This document shows positions 51,275 through 61,582 of a DNA stretch of 64,000 nucleotides, in pieces. Every line of letters begins with the position of its first letter. Within the stretch, counting starts at the first letter, position 1. The stretch comes from Mobula hypostoma. Taxonomy: Eukaryota. The position numbers and the translations under genes are program-made. The DNA is taken from NCBI RefSeq assembly GCF_963921235.1, contig NC_086108.1:7564001-7628000 (forward strand). Reading direction: 5' to 3'. The notes below the pieces were generated by a model. That model was given only the letters and a program-made list of their open reading frames with translations, made no database searches and was not told the origin of the DNA.

Positions 51275-52542
51275 GAGAAAATCTGCAGATGCTGGAAATT
51301 TAAGCAACACACACATACAAGATACTGAAGAAATTCAGAAGGTCAGGCGACATTTATGGAAAAAAAAGTACAGTCAACGTTTTGGGCCGAGACCCTTCGG
51401 CAGGACTGGAGAAAAAAAGATGAGGATTTAAAAGTTGGGGGGAGGGAAGAGAGAAACACAAGGTGATAGATGAAAATGGGAGGGGCAAGGATGAAGCAAA
51501 GAGCTGGGAAGCTGATTGGTGAAAGAGACATGGGGCTGGAGAAGGGGGGAGTCTGATAGGAGAGACCATCAATGCTGCCCTCAACCACAACTCTTCCATT
51601 TCACACACGTCCGCTCTTACCCACTCTCCCATCACCTTACCAAGGGTAGGGTTCATCCTGTCTTCAACTATCTCCCCTGCAACCTCTGTGCCCAGCACAT
51701 AATTCTCCAATGGGATCTCACCACCAAGCACATCTCTCCTCACCTCCTTTCTGTTTTCTGCAGGGATTGCTCCCTATTGGACTCCCTTGTCCATTCATCC
51801 CGCCCCACTGATCTCCCTCTTGGCACTTACCCTTGCAAGTGGAACAAGTACTACACCTCCTCACTTGCTACCATTCAGGGCCCCAAGTAGTTCTTCTAGG
51901 CGAGGTGACACTACACCTATGAGTCTGTTTGGTCATATACTGTGTCCAGTGTTCTTGTATGTATATCAGTGAGACCTGCCTGCCAGGAGAAGCAAGCTTG
52001 CCCATGAACCACTCATCTTAATTCCACTTCCCATTCCGATATGTCAATCCATGGTCCTCTACTGTCGCGATGAGGCCACAGTCAAGTTGGAGGAACAACA
52101 CCTTATATTCTTGGGTAGGCTCTAACATGATGGCATGAATACTGATTTCTCAAACTTCCCGTAATGCACGCCTCACCCCCCCTCACCTCTCACCATTCTC
52201 CATCCCCCTTTCCCTCTCTCAAATTATCTCCTTGTCTCCCTCTGGTGCTCCTCCCCCCATTTCTTTCTTCCATGGCCTTCTGTCCTCTCCTTTCAGACAC
52301 CCTTCCAGCCCTGTATCCCTTTCAATTAACTTGCCAGCTCTTTACTTCATCCCTTCCCCCTCTCAGTTTCAACTATTAACTTGTGTTTCTCTCTCCCCTT
52401 CCCCCACCTTTTAAATCTACTCCTCATCTTTTTTTCTCCAGTCCTGTTGAAGGGTTTTGGCCCAAAACGTCGATTGTACTTTTTCCCACAGATGCTGCCT
52501 GGCCTGCTGAGCTCCTCCAGCAATGTGTGTGTGTTGCTTGGT
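51275..52542 (+). mobile_element. Penelope-like element with inverted terminal repeat at its 5' side
   Basis: 51275-51566 is antisense terminal repeat; 51566-52542 is sense (TINAALN..SS..FCRDCSLLDSLVHSS.PTDLPLGTYPC, GIY-YIG remnant, terminal repeat). Confidence 0.88.
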
Positions 52543-52689
52543 CTATGAACAAAGGAAATGCTGCTAAATATGAAAGTCTGCTATGACTGTAAATAATCAT
52601 GTAATTAAATTAATAATTCGAAGTCACAAAATTAGACGTCAGCCTTACAAGATGTGTCGATAAGCACAGCATGTTCTCAGTAACTTAGA

Positions 52690-53297
52690 ATTTCAGGTTC
52701 CTGGGTATCATTATCTTTGAGGCTCTAACCTGGACCCAACACATCGTTGCAGCTACAAAGAATGCACAACAGTGGCTATACTTCATTAGGGTTTAAGGGA
52801 TTTGGTATGTCACCAAGGACACTTGCAACTTTCTGCAGACGTACCATGGAGAGCATTCTGTGACTGCATCACTGTTTGTATGGGGGGGGGGGCTACTGCA
52901 CAGAATCGGAATAAGGTGCAGAGAGTTGAAAATTTAGTCAGCTCCATCAAGGCACTAGCCTCAAAAAGATGGCGTCCATCATTAAGGACTCCAGTCAACC
53001 AAGACATGTCCTCTTCTCATTGCTACCATTAGGAAGAAGGTACACACTCAACGATTCAGGAACAGCTTCTTTCCCTCTGCCACCTGATTTGTGAATGGAC
53101 ATTGAACCCATGAACATCATGTCACTACTTTTTAACTTTATATTTTTGTACTATTTACTTAATTCTGTATTATAAACACACATACTTACTATAATTCAAT
53201 TTTTTCCTGTTGTTATGTATATCATTGTACTGTTGCTGCAAAGACAACAAATTTTATGACATTTGCTGGTGATATTAAACCTTTTTCTGTTTCTGAA
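52690..53297 (+). mobile_element. Rex1/Babar fragment
   Basis: FRFLGIII..LTWTQH; 'acgattcaggaacagcttctttccctctgcc'. Confidence 0.8.
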
Positions 53298-53574
53298 TAC
53301 TGCGCAGCAGAATATCTCACTAAACATTTGGTGAATTAGAATATCCTCAAATCAGGGAGTACAAAATATGCGTAGAAGCTATTGTATGTTCTGCAATATG
53401 AGAGGCCATGCAAAAGACTGCAGTTGCTGAAATCTGGAGCAAAAAGGCAGCTGCTTTTAAAGTTGCAAACCTTCTGCTTCCAACAGGGTAAGCAGTGTTG
53501 GTGGAGACGGAAGGGAGGCGTCAACGATTCATGTTGGACAGGGAAACCAGAGGTCCCTGAGCCAGTCCTCATCA

Positions 53575-54337
53575 GATGACCAGAGGTGGAGAAGATTTGT
53601 AACTTTAAAATTCCTGGATGTTACTCTAAGAGAGCCTGCCCCGGATTCAGCACCTAAATGCAATTGCAAAGAAAGCATGGCAGTGCCTCTACTTCCTTAG
53701 GAATCTGTGGAGATTCGGCATGACATCAAATATTTTGACTAACTTCTATAAATGCGTGCTGGAGAGTATACTGACTGGCTGCATTACAGCCTGGAATGGA
53801 AACACCAATGCCTTCCTAAAAAGGTAGCAGGTTTGGCCCAGTACATCACGGGTAAAGGCCTCCCAACCATTAAGCACATCTACATGAAACATCGTTGTAG
53901 GAAAGCAGCATCCATCATCAGAGACTCCCACCACCCAGGCCATGCTCTTTTCTCACTGCTGATTATCAGGTAGAAGGTACAAGAATCTCAGGACTCACAC
54001 CACCAGGTTCAAGGACAGTTACTACCCCTCAACCATCAGGCTCTTGAAGAAAAGAGGATAACTACACTCACTTGCCTCATCACTGAAATATTTCCACATC
54101 CAATGATCTCACTTTAAGGACTCTTATCTCATTGTCTCAGGTTCTCATTATTTATTGCTATTTATCTATATTTGAATTTGCACAGTTTGTTGTCTTCTGC
54201 AGTCTGGTTGATCTTTCATTGATTGTTAAGGATACCATTCTATAGATTTGCTGAGTATGCCCAGAAGAAAATAAATCTCAGGGTTGTATCTGGTGGCATA
54301 TATCTACTTTCACAATAAAATTTACTTTGAACTTTGA
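53575..54337 (+). mobile_element. Rex1/Babar fragment
   Basis: AQYITGKGLPTIKHIYMKHRCRKAASIIRDSHHPGHALFSLL. Confidence 0.85.
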
Positions 54338-54378
54338 GATCCTGCATCAAGACTAAATGGAGATAATATACTGACAAA

Positions 54379-55420
54379 CACTCAGTGGCCACTTTATTAG
54401 GTACAACCTCTTGTTAATGCAAATATCTAATCAGCTGATCATGTGACAGCAACTCAATGCATAAAAGCATGCAGACCTGGTCAAGAGGTTCAGTTGTTGT
54501 TCAGACCAAACATCAGAATGGGGAAGAAATGTGATCTAAGTGACTTTGACCATGGAATAACTCGGTGCCAGATGGGGTGGTTTGAGTATCTCAGAAATGC
54601 TGATCTCCTGGGATTTTCATGCTCAACAGTCTCTAGTTTTACAGAGAATGGTACAAAACAAAAACAGGGAAAAAACATGTCCAGTGAGCGGCAGTTCTGT
54701 GGGTGAAAACACCTTGTTTATGAGAGGTTAGAGGAGAACGGTCAGATTGGTTCAAGCTGACAGGAAGGTGACAATAACAGTGCAGAAGAGAATCTCTGAA
54801 TGCACAATATGTCGAACCTTGAAGTGGATGGGCTACTTCAAGAAGACGACTACAAACTTGTGCCAAGATGAGGCCACCTTCAGGATGGAGGAGCAATACG
54901 TTATATTCTTTCTGGGTAGGCTCCAACCTGAAGGCATGAATATGATTTTTCCTTCTGATAAACAAAGAACCCCCCCCACTGCCCCGCAACCTTTACTCTA
55001 TTCCCCACTCTGACTTTTTACCTCTTCTCACTTGCCTATTACATCCTCCTTGGCTCCTCTCCTTCTTCCCTTTCTCCTATAGTCCACTCTCCTCTCCTAT
55101 CAGATTCCTCCTTCTCTAGTCCTTGACCTTTTCCACCCACCTGACTTCACCTATCACCTCCCAGCTAACCTCAGTCCCCTCTTCCCAGCTTTTTATTCCG
55201 GTATCTTCCCCCTTTCTTCTCAGTCTTAGAGTACGGTCTTGACCCGAAATGCCGATTGTTTATTCATTTCTATAGATGCTGTCTGACCTGCTGAGTTCCT
55301 CTAGCATTTTTTGTGTGTGTTGCTTTATATTTCCAGCATCTGCAGACATTCTAGAGTTTATACATTCAGTGGACATTTATTATTAGATACAGGAGGCACC
55401 TAGCAATGTGGCCATTACTT
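54379..55420 (+). mobile_element. Internally deleted Tc1-like transposon with a Penelope fragment (54857-55358) inserted
   Basis: Left end cactcagtggccactttattaggta; MGKKCDLSDFDHG...ADLLGFS..TVS..; RLVQADRKVT..ISECTICRTLKWMGY; degenerate inverted end near 55398-55418. Confidence 0.85.
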
Positions 55421-56189
55421 ATTATAGACAAAAAAGTCAGACCTTTCGTAGATTAGTAGACAACGATCAGGTTTAGCATCAAGTTTCTTGTGGGGAAGAA
55501 CATTAACAACAGGAAACCCAAGCTTGCTTTGTCATCCTTGTTTTTCCCCTTTGCTCGGATGTGTATTCTTCCTCTTCAGATCTCTGTGGTTTCAGCAAGG
55601 CATGATCAGCCTTGCTGATCAGCCACTCAAGATCTGCGGCTTTAGGTGTTCGTCACTTTGCAAAATAATATTAAAAAAACTGTGGTCAGGATTAATCACT
55701 TGAAAGTACAAGGCATCATTACTTGTCTGTTCTACACACCTGCAAAATATTTCCTTATCCACCTTGGCTTACATCAAAGACAACAATCTGCATTCAAACA
55801 GAACAGATGACCACCTGGACACAGGCGTGACTAAACCCTAAAATAATCCTCAATCCCAAAAGACCACCTAATAAAGAAAAAAGCCCAAATAAAATGTACA
55901 TTATGGAAAGTGGCTATCTATCTATTTAGCTGGTTCGGCACAACAATGTGAGCCAAATGACTTGTTTCTGTGCTGTACTGTTCTCTGGTCTATCTATTTC
56001 TATCTTTTTTTTTCCTCTCTTCCTTTCTTCAGCCTCAACCTTTTGGCCCAGATTACTATATAAGATGTTATCAAAAGCCTTACTAAGGTTCATACAGACA
56101 ACATCTATCAATTTCACCAATCCCCTCACTCACCTCTTTAAAAAAAAACTATAGATTTGTGAAGCAAAACCCACTAAGACTTCCACTAA

Positions 56190-56957
56190 CACTGGACAAC
56201 AAAGATTTTGCTTCCTGAATGCTTTTGGGTGTATCTTGCAAATTTTAGGCTGTCAATAATGAAAGATCAGAATGAAATTTATTTTTATATTTATATTTGT
56301 TATTTTAATTCATAATTCAAGTCAGAATAACTGACACCAAGATTAAGGAAAGCATTTTGTTGGTCCACAAATCAAACAGGTCATTGCCAACAGGCAACTC
56401 AAAGAATTTCTTGTGGGACCAGAGAAAACTGCATAGAAGGCATTCTAGGATGTTGCTGAAAGTTTTCTTGGCAACGACAGAGCATCAAACTACATGCAGC
56501 TGTTTGATAACATGCTTCAAGCATACAAAACTATGAAATGCAACATATCACTAATGATTCATTTTCTGCATTCCCATTTAGACTTCTTTCCTGCAAATTT
56601 TGGTGCTGTCAGAGACGAGCACAGTGAAAGGTTTCACCAGGACATTGCGATCATGGAGAAATGGTATCAGGACAACTGGAATCCATCAATACTGGCTGAT
56701 TATTTTTGGACACAAGCGAGAAGCCTCAGACTCTGAGTATAAATGAAAATCATCAATAAAACATCTCTAGCTTAGTTGAAATATTGCAAAGCATCAGCAA
56801 GGTAATTAAAGGCACTATATTCAAAAGTTAATTTGTTTTTCCAAATTTCTATATATAATAATTTGAAATTATATTTGTGTTCAGTTTCAAGTGGTCTGTC
56901 CTGAACAAAAAACAATTCAGAGGAAACAACACTTCTGAAAAAAATTGTTATTCAATG
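56190..56957 (+). mobile_element. Chapaev3-type (CMC) DNA transposon, internally deleted
   Basis: TAA|CACTGGACAACAA ... TTGTTATTCAATG|TAA; frame FVGPQIK...FLGNDRASNYMQLFDNMLQAYKTMKCNISLMIHFLHSHLDFFPANFGAVRDEHSERFHQDIAIMEKWYQDNWNPSILADYFW. Confidence 0.75.
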
Positions 56958-57042
56958 TAATTAGTCTCTGGCTTTCTGAATGAATATAACTCATGCCCCC
57001 CCAGAACCTTCTTCAACAACTTTCCTACTACTACGGTAGGTT

Positions 57043-57412
57043 GGTGGGGTGGAGATACGTCTCCACCAAAGAGGGTGAGAGGTGCTCCTTCCATCCGCGA
57101 GCCTGCAGATCACCCTTGGACAAGGTGTAGCACCTGCTTAGTCCCAAAATCCCATTCCCCCCCCAATCAGGGTCACGTAAAGCCATGGAAGCAGATGGTG
57201 GATGGTTGTATGAGCAGCTGGTTTGTATCACAAGACCTGGCTTTGTGACTACTGACTCCAGGCAGACAATTGCTGAAGAGTATTGTAAAGACATTGCACA
57301 GAAGAAAGTAATGGCAAATCACTTCTGTAGAAAAAATCTGCCAAGATTAATCATGGTCATGGAAAGACCATGATCACCCATGTCATACGACACAGCACAT
57401 AACGAATGAACG
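57043..57412 (+). mobile_element. RTE-related non-autonomous element with hairpin-rich head
   Basis: ggtggaga-tacg-tctccacc hairpin; tail 'aatggcaaatcacttctgtagaaaaaatctgccaag...cacataacgaatgaacga'. Confidence 0.8.
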
Positions 57413-57539
57413 ATTATTCTGATGCGACTGGTGATTTATAATGTAAATAAGGAATTTGAACATCCACGAGGTTACCAACTTGTATCCAATTAGTCAACGC
57501 CTATAAAAATGGTATTTTTTTGTGCAACATTCAGAATAG

Positions 57540-57920
57540 CTTGGGCACTGGCCACCATACCATCCAAGACACCTTCAAGGAGCATTGCCTCTAAAAGGCG
57601 GCACCATCATTAAAGACCGCCCTCTTGCCATCTTCTCATTGCTACCATCAGAAAGAAGCAAAAGAATCCCTGAAGACAGGCACTCAACGATTCAGGAACT
57701 GCTTCGTCCCCTCTGCTATCAGGTTTCTGAACGGACAATGGACCATCAACACTACCTCACTACTTTTTTTATTTGCGTTTTTTCGCTACTTATTTGACTA
57801 TTATATTTACTGTAATTCACAGCTTTTTCTTCTTTATTTAATATGTAACGCGTTGTACAGCTGCCTCAAAGTGAACAGACTTCAGGATAAATGCTGGTGA
57901 TATTAAACCTGATTCTGATA
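57540..57920 (+). mobile_element. Rex1/Babar 3' fragment
   Basis: TQRFRNCFVPSAIRFLNG and 'gatattaaacctgattctga' tail. Confidence 0.8.
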
Positions 57921-58211
57921 GTGACCAGGCTTTTCTCCTGGCATGTAAGTGTGGTTGAGGAACGAGTGCAAGTTGTCAGAGTCCAGTTAATCAGCAACAA
58001 CATTTATCTTCCCCATGGATGAAATCATTCTATAATCTCGCCAGGTGATATGCACTCTTTTTCTTTTGCAGCAAGGTTCTCAGAGGGGTTAATTGGTAAC
58101 ATCATGGAACAACAGTACGTGCCAGAGAGTTGCGTTTAGATGCCAATCACTGTGTTGCTCCCCCAGTCAGCTTCCAAATTGTACATCACCTAACCCGGGC
58201 TGGCTTCCTGC

Positions 58212-58260
58212 AGGCTGTACACATCAGCCTTGAGGCTGCACACATCAGCCTTGAGGCTGC
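58212..58260. repeat. 21-bp tandem repeat (2.3 units), each unit self-complementary
   Basis: aggctg-tacacat-cagcct-tg / aggctg-cacacat-cagcct-tg / aggctgc. Confidence 0.9.
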
Positions 58261-59297
58261 GAGCTGCAACACCCACGGCTTTTTCCACAGGACAGCTTGC
58301 AAACAAGTGTTGCTACTTCATCATTATTGACCTGATACTGTTAATGACAGGGCTGCTGGTGTCTGCATCTCTGCCCTCAGCCCGGCACCGTCAACAACGG
58401 GTCCGCTGCTGTCTGCACTGCTGGCATTGACCAGGTATTGTTAATGACAAGGCTGCTGCTTTAGTGCCTTCAGATCATCTGAGTTGACAAAAAAAAAGTG
58501 AACTAAAGAGGCTCATTTATTGTTAAAGTTTATACAACAATGTTATCTTGACCGTCTGTCACATAAAACTCCAATAGTTTTGGATATCCAAAGACTACAC
58601 AATGGAATATGTTCGAGATTTATCCTCTACCTTCTATCAAGTTCAAGTTTATTATCCTTCAACCATACACATATATACAGCTAAACGAAACACTCTTCCT
58701 CAGGGGCCAAGGAGTCAACAGTCACACACAGCACATATAGCCATACACAGCAGTTACAATACAGCACAAATAATTCAGATTAAGCACAATACAGTTACAA
58801 AATAAAATTGACACAAGTCCCTGAGTAGCATAGGATTTTGTCCTGGAGCCACTGGACCACAGTATTAATGGAAGAGCCGACCTGTACAGAGGTTAGAATT
58901 TTAACCTACATGGAATTCAGCGTGCTCTCTCACACCGCTTCCAGTGCCCTTTCTCCTGGATGCTGTCACAGGCAACACCACGATATGTAAGCCTGAAAGA
59001 TCTGGTCACAAACCCACAAACTACTAATTAATACAACTACTTATTCATCTTGAATCTCAGGAAAGTCACAATAAAGCTACTTAAAACACAAAAAGATCAG
59101 TTTAAAAAAAAAACCTGCAATTTTAAAGTACTTTTCATTATTAACACTCAAGAAGTTTCTTCTCCATCCCTTTCCAGTCTGGACTAAGGGTCCCGGCCAG
59201 AAACATCGACTGTTTCTTTCCTTCTAGAGAAACAGCCTCCTCAGCTTTTCCAGCACTGTTGTGTGTGTTGTTCTTCTCCTACCCACAACAGGACAAC

Positions 59298-59620
59298 AAG
59301 CTTGTCTTGGTTTGGAGGCTTGTGTGCCTCAATGACCCAGAGATCTATGTTGGCTGGAGTCAGGGTTTTATACTATGTCTCTGTTTAGGGTCACCTATGT
59401 CAAGCAGGTCAAAGGTAAGACCAGACTCAGAGTGATCCACGAATCCTCCAGATTCGGGGGTTCAGCTCAGGGCTAACAAATCAGGCTGGTAAAACAAAGC
59501 TGGTACGGAAACAACAGTGAAGAATTTTTCTACATCTGAGTGGCCAAGGACAGATAGAGATGGAGGACTTCATTGCTGCTCCAAACGCCAGTGGCGTAGT
59601 GGGTAGTAAGTTAGTAAGCT
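59298..59620 (+). mobile_element. Bipartite non-autonomous RTE element (5' UTR fused to 3' end, (TAAG)n tail)
   Basis: 'ggaggcttgtgtgcctcaatgaccc...tagggtcacc...gggctaacaa' joined to 'gccaaggacaga...gatggaggacttcattgctgc...gtaagttagtaag'. Confidence 0.7.
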
Positions 59621-59703
59621 CCTCTCCTAAAAAACAATGTGCCTTGACTGCTCTCCATGTGAGCTCGACTGCTGGGTCTGGAGGCAAATCAATTACGACA
59701 CGT

Positions 59704-59739
59704 GTCCTGACGAAGGGTCTCAGCCTGAAACGTCGACTG
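59704..59739 (+). ncRNA. Minimal hammerhead ribozyme motif, core intact; predicted cleavage after GTC at 59734
   Basis: gtc CTGACGA A gggt-ctca-gcct GAAA C GTC gactg, at the start of a Penelope terminal repeat (59704-59835). Confidence 0.7.
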
Positions 59740-60149
59740 TACCTCTTCCTAGAGATGCTGCCTGGCCTGCTGCATGCACCAGCAACCTTGATGTGTGTTG
59801 CTTGAACTTCCAGCATCTGCAGAAATCCTCGTGTTTAGGTGTCATAACAAGCCTTTTTCCTGTCATCACGTCAGGAACTTTCAGAGGCCACTTGGAAAAG
59901 AATCAGTATTTGCTGAGCTGGTTCAGTCCATGCCAGGAGTCAACTCCACAAATTCCTGCTCTTTGCGGCTAACACTTCAATGGGTTCACATACTGAAAAA
60001 AAGTACAAAATAAATCATTGGCATCTCAGGGGTCCACATCCATAGATCCCCAAAGACGTTGTGCAAGTTGATCGAGGTTCAAAATTCAAGTTCAAAGTAC
60101 ATTTATTATCAAAGCATGAATGAATTATACAACCTTGAGATTAGTCTGT

Positions 60150-60362
60150 CCGGCATCAGTGGTCGCATAACCAGGACTTGTGAAGTTCACCAGTTGCTCA
60201 TACAACCATCCATCACCTGATCCCATGACTTCACGTAACCCTTATCGGGGGGGGGGGGAGGGAGGAGCTAAACAGGTGCTACACCTTGTCTAACAGTAAC
60301 CTGCAGGTTAGCGGAGGGAAGGAGATGTCCTTTGGTAGAGATGTATCTCCACCCTCCCACCC
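60150..60362 (-). mobile_element. RTE-related non-autonomous element, 5' part
   Basis: Antisense of the 57043 head (ggtagagatgtatctccacc). Confidence 0.7.
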
Positions 60363-61477
60363 ATATAATTTTATGAGGATAGACTGAGTGTATTTTTTCT
60401 TTGGAGAAAAGGAGGATGAGAGGTGACTTGATAGAGGTATACAAAACGATAAGAGGCATTAATTGAGTGGACAGCCAGAGACTTTTTCCAGGGTGGAAAT
60501 GGCTAATATGAGGGAACATGATTTTAAGGTGATTGAAGGAAGGTATAAATGGGGACGTTAAAGGAAAGTTTTTATTTTTACACAGAGTAGCAGGTGTGTG
60601 GAACATGCTGCCAGGGGGAGTGGTTGAGGCAGATAGATTAGAGAGATTTATGCGACTCTTCGACTGTACATAGGTAATAGAAAAATGAAGAACTACATGG
60701 GAGGGAAGATTTAGATCGATCTTAGAGAAGGTTAAAAGGTCAGCACAGCATTGTGTGCCGAAGGGCCTGTATCCACAGAGATCTTTGCTCTAAGTTTTAA
60801 TCATCAATTTCTTAAATTGCAGTCACAGAAACCTAACCCTCAGCATTCACACCAACCCTTGAAAGAAGCTACAGGCTGTGCCTATGCTCAGCTTTCTAAG
60901 CGAGTGTTGTGTAGTGGCCTCTGCATAGCACAGAGCAGGCTATCAGTGCAGGTTTTGTCTATATGGCTTGGCCCAAAGCCATTAGTCCTGCTTTGGTCCA
61001 TATCACGACACACAGGGTCTTTCAACAGTCTGTCCATCTGGTCTTTTGTGTGACAATCCCGTGTCCTTGCTCCTGGCTGGTTCTCTGCCTCACATGTCTG
61101 GGCAAGAACGCCTGTGACAGATTGTCGAGGCTGAGGCATTGTTACATTTCTTTATTCCACTGGGTGCTGGCGACAAGGCGACTCGGAGAAACCTAGAATC
61201 CCAATGGATGACACAGTGCTCTTTGTGCTCTAGAGACACCCACACACACACGCCCAAGATCGATATACTTGATATATTTAAAGCACTTAAAGCTCTTACA
61301 GTTTGGATCAGATTAAAACTGCTTGACAATGACTGAGAGGGACTTGTTATTTTAAGTGTTGTCAATCAGCTTGGCTCACAATGCACTCTTTGCTTCAAAG
61401 AAAAATGGTTTCAAAATTCTCTGCCACGTTTTAACTACATGATCTACAATAACAGTAAGATGTATTATTGACAGAAA

Positions 61478-61582
61478 GCCACACACACACAAAATGCAGG
61501 AGGAACTCAGCAGGTCAGGCAGCATCTGTGGAAATGAATAAACAGTTGATGTTCTGGGCCAAGGTCCTTCTTCAGGACAGAA
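61478..61582 (-). mobile_element. Penelope terminal repeat with degenerate hammerhead 61543-61580
   Basis: Reverse complement ctgtcCTGAAGAaggaccttggcccAGAACATCaactg. Confidence 0.75.

Noticed and set aside
58055..58120. Strong acceptor ctctttttcttttgcag
   Set aside because: Only weak donors follow and the peptide is unrecognised
58212..58458. Palindromic repeats resembling a CRISPR array
   Set aside because: No unique spacers between the 21-mers, only two copies of the 33-mer, eukaryotic context and no cas genes
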